DNA of 64,000 nt. It comes from Octopus sinensis. Taxonomy: Eukaryota. This document shows, piece after piece, positions 38,461-51,400 of this stretch. The notes under the pieces are model-generated. The model was not told the origin of the DNA and ran no database searches. It saw only the letters and a program-made list of their open reading frames with translations. The position numbers and the translations under genes were made by a program. The stretch spans positions 39,494,001 through 39,558,000 of the forward strand of contig NC_043008.1 in assembly GCF_006345805.1 (NCBI RefSeq), written 5' to 3'. Each line of letters starts with the position of its first letter. Positions within the stretch are counted from its first letter, which is position 1.

Positions 38461-39989
38461 GAAGAATGCATTTTTTTTCAGCAGCCTCTCAGATCCTTTC
38501 ATTTATACAATGAACTGCTTTGCGTAGGGTTTTACAAAGTGTGTGGATTGACAACAGAACGCTATAAAATATCGAGTAAGATTTACGCAATGTTTATATG
38601 CTTGGCATTTCAACTTTGTATATTAATTAACATAGAATTATTAATGGAATAATACACTTCAAGATGAAAACAGACTGATTACTAAACGCACGTACAGTTG
38701 AAAATTTACCAATTCTGTTGCGAAAGAACGGCTCTCGAAACTGGTTTCTCTGACTACTTTGGTTTCGAAATAGTGCAGGAATATCTCCTTTAAATACTTT
38801 CACATATAATTGATCATAAAATTATCGTATGGTTTTTATTTGTAATTCATTCGACAAGTGTACAGCAAAATTTATTCCATCTCATCCAGAACCAACACTC
38901 TAACATTCCACTTCCTTCATTTCATTCGAAAGCTCTCTTATGCCAACATTCATTGTGTGACGCTATATCAATTTTTATGCGGTACATCGAGTGGATGCTT
39001 AATATTTTAAATTTTTTGCTCGACGTTTCTCCAAGTGTGTCAATTTTTTTTTTAGTTCTTTACATGTTTCTTGTTTTGTTTTTTTCGATTCCCAGTAATC
39101 TTCTGTCTCTTCTAATTCTCTTTTTCCACTCTTACAAGATGACAGTTTTAACGTCTCGATAGGGTATGGTGCATTCGACTTCCCAGCCAATTCTTGGAAC
39201 CTAGGAGGCGATATCTTCAGACATTTCAAGAATTATAACTTATGATTCCCTGCGAGCATCAGCTGCTATAAAGTTGCTTCGTTTTTAATGGCTGTGCAGA
39301 ATTTTGACTTACACTATCTTCAGCATTTCTGGTTAGGAATAGTCTCTGATAATCTTTATTCCCACATCTGTTGCAGGTGAGAGTTATGCTTGCAGCATTA
39401 GACATAATAAATTTCTCTGCAACCAATATCAGACAACAAAACTTCGGAATACTTTTGTGGTCTTGGATCGTGAATAAAAACTTTGATGTCCATAAAGATT
39501 CCATAAACTGCGAAACCTCACAATAATGTTGACCACCGAGAATCAGCCGCCTACGTCGTCTCAGATATTATAAGAGTGGCCTTCACAGTTCTTTTTCCTG
39601 CAAATTTCGGCGTTAAAATAGATGGACACACTGATTGTGCTTGCCGTTTTATTTCTCCTTAACTTTCAATAACGATGCATTATAATTTCATGATAATTCC
39701 ACGTTCCTATATTGGACAGATTTTAAACGTATCGTAGAGAGATCCTTCCAAATACATTTTGGAGGAGAGTAGGAAAGACATTCTAGACGTCGAATGCATA
39801 TATGTGTATATAAATATATATATATATGTGTTTATATATATATATATATATAAATATATATATGTGTTTATATAATTATGTGTTTATATATAATTATATA
39901 TATATATGTGTTTATATATATATATATATATAAATATATATATGTGTTTATATAATTATGTGTTTATATATAATTATATATATATATGT

Positions 39990-40026
<37 letters not shown>

Positions 40027-40149
40027 CACATATACGCCACACACACACCACACACACTACAAATATACACACACACCACAGACACACACCACAAACAGAC
40101 ACCACTCACACATCACACACCACACGCACATACATGCATTTGGAGTGTT

Positions 40150-40290
40150 AGCGATTTTCCCTCCCTCTTCCTTTTCCTTTGGACTTTCCTATGCTTCCTG
40201 CTTCTGAAGAAAAGGTAAACTCGAAACGTAAAACAACCACGATTATTCTTATCTGAGCGTCTTATTAAAACTTTACAGGTGCTACAACCT
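40150..40290 (+). mobile_element. Degenerate F1-like element with eroded hammerhead-like core
   Basis: GCGATTTT..TTTCCTATG.TTC..CTGAAGA AAAGGTAAACTC GAAACGTA AAAC..CTGAGCGTC parallels 8040-8160. Confidence 0.5.
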
Positions 40291-40335
40291 CAGGCTGGTG
40301 CTTTTTTTAGTTGTATTTTCCTCCGTTTTTGATTT

Positions 40336-40382
<47 letters not shown>

Positions 40383-40395
40383 TATATAAATATAA

Positions 40396-40444
<49 letters not shown>

Positions 40445-40515
40445 ATATATATATATATACATTATATATATATAAAATATTGTCCTTATACTGTTTGTTA
40501 AAGAATATGTATGCG

Positions 40516-40563
<48 letters not shown>

Positions 40564-40614
40564 CATGAATACATACATACATACATACATCTACATATAC
40601 ATATTTATATATAG

Positions 40615-40768
40615 GACATACGTCTTTCAGTTTCCGTCAACTAAATCCACTGACATGGCTTTGGTCAGCCGAAGGCTATAGTAGAAGACACTTGCTCAAA
40701 GTGTCACGCAGTGGGACTGAACCCGGAATCATGTGGTTGTAAAGCAAGCTTCTTAGCACACAGCCACG
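40615..40768 (-). mobile_element. 5' half of a CORE-type SINE
   Basis: CTTTCAGTTTCCGTC..GCTATAGTAGAAGACACTTGCTCAAAGTGTCACGCAGTGGGACTGAACCC. Confidence 0.85.
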
Positions 40769-40792
40769 TACATACATACATACATAAATACA

Positions 40793-40838
<46 letters not shown>

Positions 40839-40865
40839 ATATATACATTTACATATATATATATC

Positions 40866-40980
40866 ATTATTATTATTATTATTATAATTATTATTATTAT
40901 TGTTGTTATTATTATCATCATCATCAATATCATCATTATCAGTAGTAGTAGTAGTATTAGAAGTGGTAGTAGGCGGAGGT

Positions 40981-41045
<65 letters not shown>

Positions 41046-41100
41046 ATAGTAGTAGTAGTAGTAGTAATGATAGTAGTAGTAGTAGTAGTAGTAGTTACTG
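40866..41100. repeat. Compound (ATT)/(ATC)/(AGT)/(AGC) array
   Basis: Direct reading. Confidence 0.95.
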
Positions 41101-41124
41101 TTGTTATTGATTTTCTTGGTGCAG

Positions 41125-41319
41125 CGACAGGCGAAACTATTAGAGAAGATATTTCTATAACGTACTATCTGCTCAACAGTTGTGATGAAGTCCTATCCCG
41201 CTGTCTTGATTACAAGAGACTGAAAGTAAAAGTTGAAACGAACTTTCTAACTTGGCGCCAGCGGAGCTGGAGTGGAAGCCACGCGAGAACTAGCGTGTTC
41301 ACGTCATTGTTGCGTCAAT
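41125..41319 (+). CDS. Speculative 195-nt phase 1-1 exon, product unknown
   Basis: ttttcttggtgcag| acceptor, open frame TGETIREDISITYYLLNSCDEVLSRCLDYKRLKVKVETNFLTWRQRSW..LLRQ, |GTAAGA donor. No recognisable domain. Confidence 0.2.
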
Positions 41320-41556
41320 GTAAGATGTATACAGTTACATAGACATACAGCCAACGAGCGCCACCTGTCACATCTAATCATGCTTTAACTTGGTTGGACA
41401 TCTGTACTATTATTCAATTTCAGATCATGGTCAACATACATGCGGTATCAAGTTTGAATTATATCATGCACATAGCGATGCATACAAATGTGATTGTCTT
41501 AGAAAACATACACAGTGGTGCACACAACGCTCGCAAGCACACTCACACACACACAC

Positions 41557-41600
<44 letters not shown>

Positions 41601-41754
41601 GCACGCACACACACATACGCGCATGTGAATGTGCTTTTGTATGAGTGCACATATCATATATATATATATATATATATGTATATGTATTTATATACCTACA
41701 CACATATATATATCTACAGGTATTATCTATATACATACAATATACATACATACA

Positions 41755-41807
<53 letters not shown>

Positions 41808-42180
41808 TCGCTATATATAGTTGCATTCCCTCGAATTCGGGACAACTTATTGTGGTAGTTTCGAATTTAAAAGTCCCTCCTAGTGTGAGGTATTTATGTA
41901 TGGTAATGCACTTAACATGAGTACACACACACATATGTATATACATATATATAGATAAGCACACATACATATATATACACATACACATAGCCACACGAGT
42001 GTGTGTATGTGCTTATGTGCGTGTAGTGTGTAAGTGTGTTTGTGAATTCATTTGTGCGTGCGTGAGTGCGTGTGTGTGTGTGTGTGTGTGTGTTTGTGGG
42101 CATGTTAGCATGTCAATGTGCTCCTGTGCGTGTAACCATTGTGCTTTGTTTATATGTTAACATATTACAGATATATGTGC

Positions 42181-42239
<59 letters not shown>

Positions 42240-42241
<2 letters not shown>

Positions 42242-42375
42242 TCTCACATTTCGGCACAAGGCCGGCTATTTCCAGGGAGAAGTTAAGTCGAATACATCGA
42301 ACCGCTGGTCGACGGGTTATATTATCAACCTTAATGGGTGAATTCCAAAGTCGACCTCGGCGGAAATTGAACTCC
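42240..42375 (-). mobile_element. Degenerate SINE (15108 family)
   Basis: AAAGTCGACCTCGGCGGAAATTGAACTC plus the eroded GGCACAAGGCC..TTAAGTCGA.TACATCGA tail. Confidence 0.6.
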
Positions 42376-42789
42376 GTTATTTATTTATATTGAATGATAT
42401 ATATGTTTACGTATTTGCCGGCACCTACAGATTTATAGGCGTGGGTATATAGATGCCTATACAAACACACACACATACACATATTTATCTGCATATATGC
42501 ACATAAGTTTACATAATTCGTTTTCCCCTCAGTATATCCGTATACGCCTCTTCTGTAAAAGACTTCGTGTGATGTTTATTTTAGTTGGTATGGTAGCCAT
42601 CTTCAATCTATTATTTACGATAGCCTTATGTGTGACTTAGATTTATTTTCATTTTGCTCCATGACTGCCGTTGTACTTTCTTTTATGCTGCTCACAACAT
42701 ACTGTTCGTTGATGAGTCTCAATGTTATATCATATGTCTTCTTTATAACTGTTTTTTTTTGTGATTTTTCTTATTTCAGAGGTTTTTGT

Positions 42790-43150
42790 GTAGGCGATCA
42801 AGCATTATGCATAACAACCACCGAAACAAATCTATCAGCAACTGGCAATGATGGAGAGTTACCATATTTATGTATACTGCATTTTGTTCAGACAAAAAAG
42901 GAAGAAGCAATGTGGTAGTTGCGATGTACATACGTGAAGATATTGATCTCTTAATCTTGTTGTCACATTGAAATTCGGTTTGTGACACGCTTATAATTCA
43001 CATAAGGAAACTTTATGTTGTATCATGCATAATATATCGTTTTCCTGACACACCAGATGACGATGAAAAATTCGCAGAAAATCTTACAATAATAAACGGA
43101 GTACGAACGAAAGAAAATCAAACGATTGAAGTACGTTTAGATTTCCTACA
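42790..43150 (+). pseudogene. LINE apurinic-endonuclease (APE) domain relic, CR1/L2-group-like
   Basis: Frameshifted translation ALCITTTETNLS ... VVVAMYIREDI.LLILLSH*NSVCDTLIIHIRKLYVVSCIIYRFPDTP..KFAENL matches APE motifs (.TETHL, GGVA.Y.., IYRPP). Confidence 0.8.
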
Positions 43151-43580
43151 CTAAAATGATTCGGAAACAACATAAAGTGAGGATAATATGCAAAGAGCAG
43201 AACCAAGCAAAATGTAACCCATCTTTGATCTCAGGAGATTGATATTCAGGGAACACAATATACAGTTTACGATCGGGAAGATTAGAATTCCAAGCATCTG
43301 TTTCACCAGCTATCTAGAATTACGTGGGGGTTTTTCCTCTGAAGAATATTCGTCCTTATTCACCTGCATTAATACTCCCAATTATACTCGCCAAATAGAG
43401 TCAAAGACAGGGATTGGTGAGAGTAGAATTCGTTCCAGTTAATTCAACACCACTAAGTCAAAAGGCTTGTCTCTTTACAACTAATGAATGACTAGGAGGG
43501 TGAGAGAATCTAAAACCAATGAGGTTCTACTTCCTGGAGAGAAGACGAGGTAAACACACACACACACACACACACACACC

Positions 43581-43632
<52 letters not shown>

Positions 43633-44048
43633 GGGTGTGTGTGTGTGTGTGTGTGTGTGAGTAAGTAACTATCGACTTTCTATATTTCAAATATATCAAA
43701 TGCCGCTGGGCTTATTTTGTATCTTAGCAGCTTTGTATCAATGAATTAAGTACCAAGACGACTACATCTATTCTTCGCAAATTTGTAAGCTGATGCCAAT
43801 ATAAGATAAAAATCAATAATCCTGCCGTATATTATTCAATCAGTGTTTTGCGTAATTTGAATATATTTCTTAAACTGTTATTTTGATTAACGACTCCTGT
43901 TTTTTTATTAATATAAGTGTATCGACATACACCTATATAAATATATATATATATGTATGTATGTATATATGTATATATATATATATATATATGTAACGCT
44001 TAAAGAATATATATACATACACATATGTGTATGTATTTGATTATATAA

Positions 44049-44105
<57 letters not shown>

Positions 44106-44114
44106 ATACATAGA

Positions 44115-44650
44115 TATACTGGGAACGCTGAATAAACTGTCGTCTAAATTACGCAAAAATGAAAATAACACCTACATCTAATTTTAACAGATATATTTAC
44201 CTAAATTACATAAAAATATCTTGAAATACTAAAGAGAAAATTTATTCAATAAAATCGCCATTCGTCTCTCCTTGCATAAATTGGTGAATGCTACCACAGT
44301 GTTACAAAGAGATTTGTTGGAGTCTTGCTCAACTGTGCCCCGTACATAATAATCAAGGTGGTTAAAGTCTGGGGAGTTTGGTGGCCAGATATCAGGGGTG
44401 ATGTGATAGTAGAAATTGTCTCTCAGCCATGACTGGATCCTCCTGCTTGTATGGAATTATGCAGAGTCTTGTTGTCAGATAGAGCGTCTTGCAGCAGTCA
44501 TCCTCTTCATACAAGGCAGCACTACCTCCTCCAGGCATTTGGTGTAAGCCTCCATGGTGAGTCTAAAGCCGTATGGGATAATGTCGCCATCACTAGTGAG
44601 CACTCTAAACACCACGATGTTTACTGGATGTTCGATTTTTATCACACTCG
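44115..44650 (-). pseudogene. Tc1/mariner-superfamily DD37D (maT-type) transposase C-terminal relic with terminal region
   Basis: HPVNIVVFRVLTSDGD..AYTKCLEEVVLP..*QQDSA*FHTSRRIQSWLRDNF..IWPPNSPDFNHLDYY; Asp codons at 44466-44468 and 44352-44354 are 114 nt apart, i.e. 37 residues between them. Confidence 0.9.
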
Positions 44651-44931
44651 CTACATTTTGTATTCTAAATATAATTCAAACAGGAGAAAAAGAAAGAAAG
44701 GAGAAGAGATGAAGAATGCAAAATGACCTTCAGTGATGACCAAACCGCACCTGCTTTTTTTATTGAAGCGGTCATCATCAAGTACAATGCTAGAGGACTA
44801 AATAAATAAATAAATGGTGAATAAAATGGGGGATACCCCTTCTATCTCTTGCCCTCTAAAATCTGTCTATCTGTCTGACTATGTATCTATCTATCCATCT
44901 ATATATCTATCTATCTATCTATCTATCTATC

Positions 44932-45014
<83 letters not shown>

Positions 45015-45289
45015 GCTATCTATCTATCAGTCTATCTATCAGCCTATCTACCTACCTATATATTCATCTCCATTGTCATGGATCCCCACTCCAAAAAAAC
45101 AAAACAAATTTCTCCTCTAAACAAAACCCCCAAAACATCTATTTTATATAAATGAAGAAGGTGTTTGTAAATACACAAGTTCGAGAAAGAAACGAAAGCG
45201 CTAAGAATAATGAAGAAATAAAAAGATTTTTTCCAAAATTCTGACGACTTTTTTTTCTCAAAATTCAGTTTCTGTACATCATACCTAAC

Positions 45290-45475
45290 ACTGGCATTTG
45301 CCATGATAGATAGCTAGCCACTATACATTCTATATTTTCTCTCCCTGTTTCTTTCTGTGGAAGAGCGTAGGATCGAAACGTTAAAGACATTTTCACTTCC
45401 CGAGCGTTATACTATTACATCTGTTTGTTGTCTAAACCACCTGTCTTCGTCTTTTGTTTTTTTTTTGTGAATTCT

Positions 45476-45477
<2 letters not shown>
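45290..45477 (+). mobile_element. Hammerhead-like family F2 element in (TA)n
   Basis: CTTT-CTGTGGA-A-GAGC-GTAG-GATC-GAA-AC-GT-T-AAAG at 45351-45386; aligns with 56212-56397. Confidence 0.8.
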
Positions 45478-45519
<42 letters not shown>

Positions 45520-45551
45520 GCATATGTAAAGTTTATATATCTATCTATCTA

Positions 45552-45595
<44 letters not shown>

Positions 45596-46394
45596 TATGT
45601 AAAGTTTATATATCTATCTATCTATCTATATATATATACAAAAGAATTGTATGTCTGCGTCAGAAAGTTCCTCTTACGTCTTCTGTACATTTATTAACGA
45701 AAACATATTCTCAATTTTTCCATACTGAAATTCATACCACATGAAGGTTACGAAACACCATAATCCCATCGAATCCACGTGGTTAAATACATAAAAATTC
45801 ACCTCTCATACCTCCTGATTATATGTGTGTGTGTGTTTGTGTGTGCGTGTTTGTGCGTGAGTGTATACATGTATATTCATTGTATTCGTTTCAATCGACG
45901 TCGATTTCTTTCACATATTGTGTTTAATATTCTTCTCTTTAAAGTTTTCCCCAGCGATCATTTCCGCCACCAAGGTCTTATAAAGCGCTCAAAATATTCG
46001 CGTGATACTTTCTTCAATCTAGGTCGACAATCGCCTCTAAGTAAACGGCTCCATTCCAACATCTTCACAATATATATAAAATAAATGTCTATATGGAATT
46101 AGTAGAAAGAAATTAAGTATACGAAATTAAATAACCTAGCTTTGTTTCATGTTATAAATATGGGCCAAGCAAAATAATCTCATTCTGTTTGTTTCAGACC
46201 TAATGAGTTATGAAATGTATATGAATATATATTAAATCGATTTCATATTTTCCCGAACATTCATTAATCTTTACCTTATAATTGTTCTCTTCATTTTCTG
46301 GCAATAAGCAAATTTCATTTAACTGAATATATTTCTTTTCCCATATGTCATCGTATGTATCGCTATCTATTTGTACTATTTATTTTTAAGTCAC

Positions 46395-46975
46395 GGCTGC
46401 GGGCTGGCAGAATTGTTAGCTCGCTGGACGAAATGCTTAGCGATATTTCGTCCATCATTTCGTTCTGATTTCGAACTCTGCAGAGGTCGACTTAGCCTTT
46501 CATCATTTCGGGGTAGATTAAATAATAACCAGTTAGGCACTGGGGTCTATATAATCGACTTAGTCCTTGTTTATCCTCTCTGTATTTAGCCCCCTTGTCG
46601 GTAGTAAAGAAATGGGTATTTCGTTCATCACTTCGTTCTGAGTTCAAATTCCACCGAAGTCGACTTTACTTTTTATCTTTTAGGGGGCCAATAAAATAAG
46701 TACCAGTTGAAAACAGGGATCGATGTAATCGACTTATCTGCTCCTCCTCCAAACTTTCTGCCATTGCGGCAATAATTGAAATCACTATTCTGTGTAACGT
46801 CCTTCCTTTTAGGCGTTTCATCTGGCGCTACGTTTCGAGTTCGAATTCCGTCGAGGTCGACTTGGCCTTTCATCATTTCGGGGTCGATTAAATAAGAACC
46901 AGTTACGCACTGGATTCGATATGGTAAACCTGCCTCCCCAACCACACAAATTTCGGCCTATAATAGAAAAGATTA
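46395..46975 (+). mobile_element. Three head-to-tail SINE copies (15108 family)
   Basis: The TTCG..CTGAGTTC.AATTCC..CGAGGTCGAC core recurs at ~46460, 46635 and 46835. Confidence 0.85.
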
Positions 46976-47137
46976 TTTATTTTTATGTTATTAGTTCAGT
47001 TGCTTTAATTGTGTTATTTACTACTGAGAAAAATTGTTCATAGCTTCTTTCAGTTTACAAAAAGCTATAGATATTGACCGAGTTGTGCTGAGATAAATAT
47101 ATTTCGTTGCATTCATGTTTACTCTCTTTTAATCTAT

Positions 47138-47327
47138 TTTACTTGTTTCAGTTATTTGACTGTGGCCATGCTAGAGCACCGCCTGTAGTCGATCAAATCG
47201 ATCCCTAGTACTTATTCTGTCAGTCTCTTTTGCCAAAGTGCTATGTTACGGAGACATAAACACACCAGCATCAGTTGTCAAGCGATGTTGGGGGGACAAA
47301 TGCAAACACACAAACATATACACACAC

Positions 47328-47380
<53 letters not shown>

Positions 47381-47537
47381 AATACAATGAGCTTCTTTCA
47401 GTTTCCGTCTACCAAATCCACTCACAAGTCTTTGGTCGGCCCGAGGCTATAGTAGAAGACACCTGCCCAAGGTGTCACGCAGTGGGACATAACCCGGAAC
47501 CATTTGGTTCGTAAGCAAGCTACTTACCACACAGCCA
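47138..47537 (-). mobile_element. Full-length CORE-type SINE
   Basis: Complete reverse complement of the 21385 element, with a (TA)n linker. Confidence 0.9.
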
Positions 47538-48427
47538 CTAATTCTGAAACTCATGCAATTATTTCTCTATCATTCATTGGTTTATGGCATTTACATACTT
47601 CGCATTCGTTCTCCCATAATAAGGTAATTTCAAGTCATCAGCATAGCGATCATTTCCACCGCCAAGGACTTATAAAGTCCTCAAAATATTCTCGTGATAC
47701 TTTCTTCAATCTAGGTCTAAATTCACCTCTAAGTAAACAGCTCCATTCCAACATCTTCATAATATATATAATAAAAGTCTATATGGAATTAGTAGACATA
47801 AATTAAGAATACGAAATTAAATAACCTCGCTTTGTTTCAAATTATTATGGGCCAAGCAACATAATATAGGAATATATATTAAATCGATTTCATATTTTCC
47901 CGAACATTCATTAATCTTTACCTTATAATTTTTTTTTTCATTTTCTAGCAATAAACAAATTTCAGTTAACTGAATCTATTTCTTTTCCCATAATTTTTTA
48001 TTTCAAGTCATCAAGATTTGGTCGTTGCCCGACACTAAGAACTTCAGCATAGACGTAATGATTTAAATTCATGTTATTTTCTCTATTTCAATTCATGTTA
48101 TTTTCTCTAAAACACTTTTTTGTATACATCTACTTCTGTGTTTGGGTATAAATTTTACAATGCTTTATTTGTTTATTGTTACAACTTTGTAATATTTCGA
48201 ACAATGTTCTCATCTTGGTTGTTAATGTCAAAATGTTTCGCTCGCTGAACACAATGGATTTCTTCAGGTGCCTATCATACTATCGTTATTTCGAACCCAA
48301 CTCTTACTGAATTCACTGGAGTAAATTGTTCTCAATCCATACTATTTACCAGCGATATTCTCCTATAAGAAAATCTCGACCTTCTGATATATTATCTCGT
48401 CACACTTGCATCAAATTTTAAGTCAAA

Positions 48428-48630
48428 GCAGCGAGCTGGCAGAATCGTTAGCTCGCTGGACGAAATGCTTAGCGGTATTTCGTCCATCACTTCGTTCTGA
48501 GTTCAAATTCCGCCGAGATCGACTTTATATTTTAGGGTGCCAATAAATTAAGTACCAGTTAAAAACAGGGATCGATGTAATCGACTCATCTCCTCGAAAG
48601 TTTATGCACTTGCGGCAACATTTGAAAAAA
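48428..48630 (+). mobile_element. SINE (15108 family), paralogue of the 46395 copy
   Basis: GCGAGCTGGCAGAATCGTTAGCTCGCTGGACGAAATGC shares diagnostic variants with 46395. Confidence 0.85.
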
Positions 48631-48802
48631 CTGTCCTAGGGATTTAAATCTCACCGTTTTCTAACCTCATGCATCAAGAACATAACCAATGTTTGTATTC
48701 ACTATCCTATTGTGTTGTAGAACAATTATGTAATTGACTTTATAAACATTATATTTAATATTTTTATGCCATTATATTTTTTCATGTCTCTGTATCATTT
48801 CT

Positions 48803-49142
48803 GTGTTAAAGGTTCCCACTTGACTATGCTAGTTCATCTTTGAATCAGTTAAACAATATAGACACAGGGTCAAGCAGAGCTCGCAAACAATATTACTTGA
48901 TAACTGAAAGGAGAGTAACGAGGTCATGGACAATGGAAGTAAAAAATAAGGCACTACGTCTGTCCGAACTTTAAAGGTGTTAAAGGTTCCCACATGGCTA
49001 TGCTAGTTCATCTTTGCATCAGTTAAACAATATATACACAGGGTCAAGCATAGGTCGCAAACAATATCACTTGATAACTGAAAGGAGAGTACCCAGGTCA
49101 TGGACAATGGAACGAAAAAAATAAAGTACTACGTCTGTCCGA
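48803..49142. repeat. Tandem dimer of a 174-bp unique-sequence unit
   Basis: GTGTTAAAGGTTCCCAC starts at 48803 and 48977; both units end CTACGTCTGTCCGA; scattered substitutions. Confidence 0.92.
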
Positions 49143-49369
49143 GTTTTCGAACAAAAGGAAAAAGACCAAGAGCGTTATTACCTGAAGATGGTTGGTGTGT
49201 ACACTAGCTGACACACCGTATCTATAAAATCCGAAATGAAGATACTTAGTTGTGCTATATTTGTATATGATAAAGATTATTTCTTATCAGAATAATTTAG
49301 TCAAAATATATTTGTCTTGTATATTTACCTTTTATTGTTAGCATACTTTATATGTTTGCTTGTTATTAA

Positions 49370-51000
49370 TGCTTCTCCGTTTCTTAGCTAATGTTTCCAT
49401 AATCCATAAGAGGAAACACTATCAATAACCTTCTAGTAATCAATCCGTGCTATTCTCAAACCTCTATTTCTCCTTTTAGTCTTCTGTTATAGCTTTATTG
49501 ATCAGTAATTGATCATTGCAACACTTTGATGCGCCTTTGAAAAATCCTTTCTGTTCCACTGGAATTGAGTGAGATATTTTTGTTTTTGTTTCTCTTTCCA
49601 TATAAGCATTTGTCCTCTGCAATATCACTGCAGTTAACGATTTAAATAATATATGCAGGTAAGTTAAGGACCTGCAGTTTCAGGGTTTATTCTTGTTATA
49701 ATATTAAGGATTAAGAGTGTTTTAACTTCACAGGCCGTTCACGCATTGTTTGTGGCTCTTTCAATAAAAAAATTAAATATTTTTGCAAGCAGTATTTGCG
49801 AGCTTGTTCCAAACAGAAATTTTGGATCATTCCCGATTGCTTTCCAATAGCCTCTGGGATATTAGTTGTATTGTTATTACTTCTTCCAATGTTCGGATTT
49901 TGTAGTTGCTTTGAACATCCATGTCGTTGTCATCTATTCTATATCTATAATCCTCCCTAAAATACTGCAACTACTCTAGCTATAGCTTTGGCATTGATTT
50001 CTCTAATACGTTTACCTAGTTCTTGGTAAAACCGATAATAGTTCAGATGCAACTATTTGTTTTGTTCAACGAATCGTTGTCACTTTTCATAATGAGGGAT
50101 TATTTTGCAATACAGAGGGAATCTAATAATTTAGGCACTCTTTGATTTTGGTAATTCTGATTTTGCTATATTGTATATATTTAGGATCTTTATATCGAGT
50201 TTTTGATTTGTGTCGCCTTTTGGATTTCAATAAGGATGAAAAGATATGTTCTCTTATTGCTTCGGTCGTAACAAGTTTGATTTCCATGTTGTTTGTGTGG
50301 AATTAGATACTCGTATATAAATGGTTTAAACGAAATTCTCACATTTCATTGAGTCTCTTTTAGCTTCTGCGTAGACATGTTTTGATAAATTTTGCTGTTA
50401 TCAACGCAAACATCTATTTTCACTAAGTCGCCTTCGTTCCAGAGAGAAATCCTCTATTCATGTTCGTTTCTTAGATAATTCTAATTTTAAATGTTTTCAT
50501 CGTATTCAGATTTCCAATCTTGATAATTTTCTACATATTAACCTGTCTCATAATCACTTGTATTCATATTTTCTCTCGTGATCAGAGTTCATCGGTAAGT
50601 ATATTACAAATTAAAGTTTGACTCTTCTATCTTCATTTCGAATTTGTCTTACCCGTGGTAGACATATCCTTCATGGTTTACAATTATTTTTGTTGTTTCT
50701 TTCATATGTTGTTCTTTGCAATCTATGTTGTATTTTCTCTTTTAATATTTCTATTGGCGTATGTATCATCTGTTGCACCGTGATGGATTTGTGAATATGC
50801 CATAAATTAGTCTTCTGTCATTCAAAACACATTTAGATAAAGGTTATTTTTATCTCCATATGAAAGTCCCATTCAATGGCTTTAGTGAACCTATAAAGTG
50901 TGTACATTTTAAGAGCCGTACTCTTCTCGTCTCCACTCCTACTCTTATTAGCTACTTCCGAGATATGAGTAGTAAATTCCTTTCCTATATAACGTTGACA
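49370..51000 (-). pseudogene. Heavily degenerate R4/Dong/NeSL-type (RLE-class) retrotransposon: N-terminal region and RT N-half
   Basis: RFYQELGK (50011-50034), YWKAIGND, NCRSLTYLHILFKSLTAVI, PVEQKGF (EQKG 49545-49556), DQLLINKAITED, KRRNRGLRIARIDY*KVIDSV (49415-49444) follow the family order NWKAPGPD / NYRPITCL / EQKG / DQLLI / AWIDYKKAFDSV. Confidence 0.88.
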
Positions 51001-51044
51001 CCATTTTTATCGGATACATGTTTATTATCTTTTGGTAATACTCT

Positions 51045-51400
51045 TTTACTTGTTTCAGTCATTTGATTGCGGCCATGCTGGAGCACCGCCTTTAATCGAG
51101 CAATTCGACCCCGGGACTTATTCTATCGGTCTCTTTTGCCGAACCGCTAAGTAACGGGGACATAAACACACCAGCATCGGTTGTCAAGCAATGCTAGGCG
51201 GACAAACACACTCACACAAACACACACACCGGCATATATATATATGCATATATACGACGGGCTTCTTTCAGTTTCCGTCTACCAAATCCACTCACAAGGC
51301 TTTGGTCGGCCCGAGGTTATAGTAGAAGACACTCGCCCAAGGTGCCACGCAGTGGGACTGAACCCGGAACCATGTGGTTGGTAAACAAGCTACATACCAC
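51045..51400 (-). mobile_element. Full-length CORE-type SINE (least diverged copy)
   Basis: Complete head, CORE-like block ACCTTGGGCGAGTGTCTTCTACTATAACC and tail GGCGGTGCTCCAGCATGGCCGC. Confidence 0.92.

Larger units (their letters stand above)
45953..48630. repeat. Older local direct duplication, ~1.7-kb offset
   Basis: 45953-46343 is repeated at 47645-47991, and the downstream SINE parts 46395-46790 correspond to 48428-48630. Confidence 0.85.

Noticed and set aside
47634-47645. YADD on the minus strand (RYADDLKL)
   Set aside because: No upstream PQG-type motif, and the paralogous copy at ~45950 does not have it; treated as coincidence.
48803-49142. 174-bp dimer as a hammerhead retrozyme
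   Set aside because: Closest matches (CTGAAAG on +; CTGATTC/CTGATGC on -) lack the CUGANGA..GAAA core and helices.
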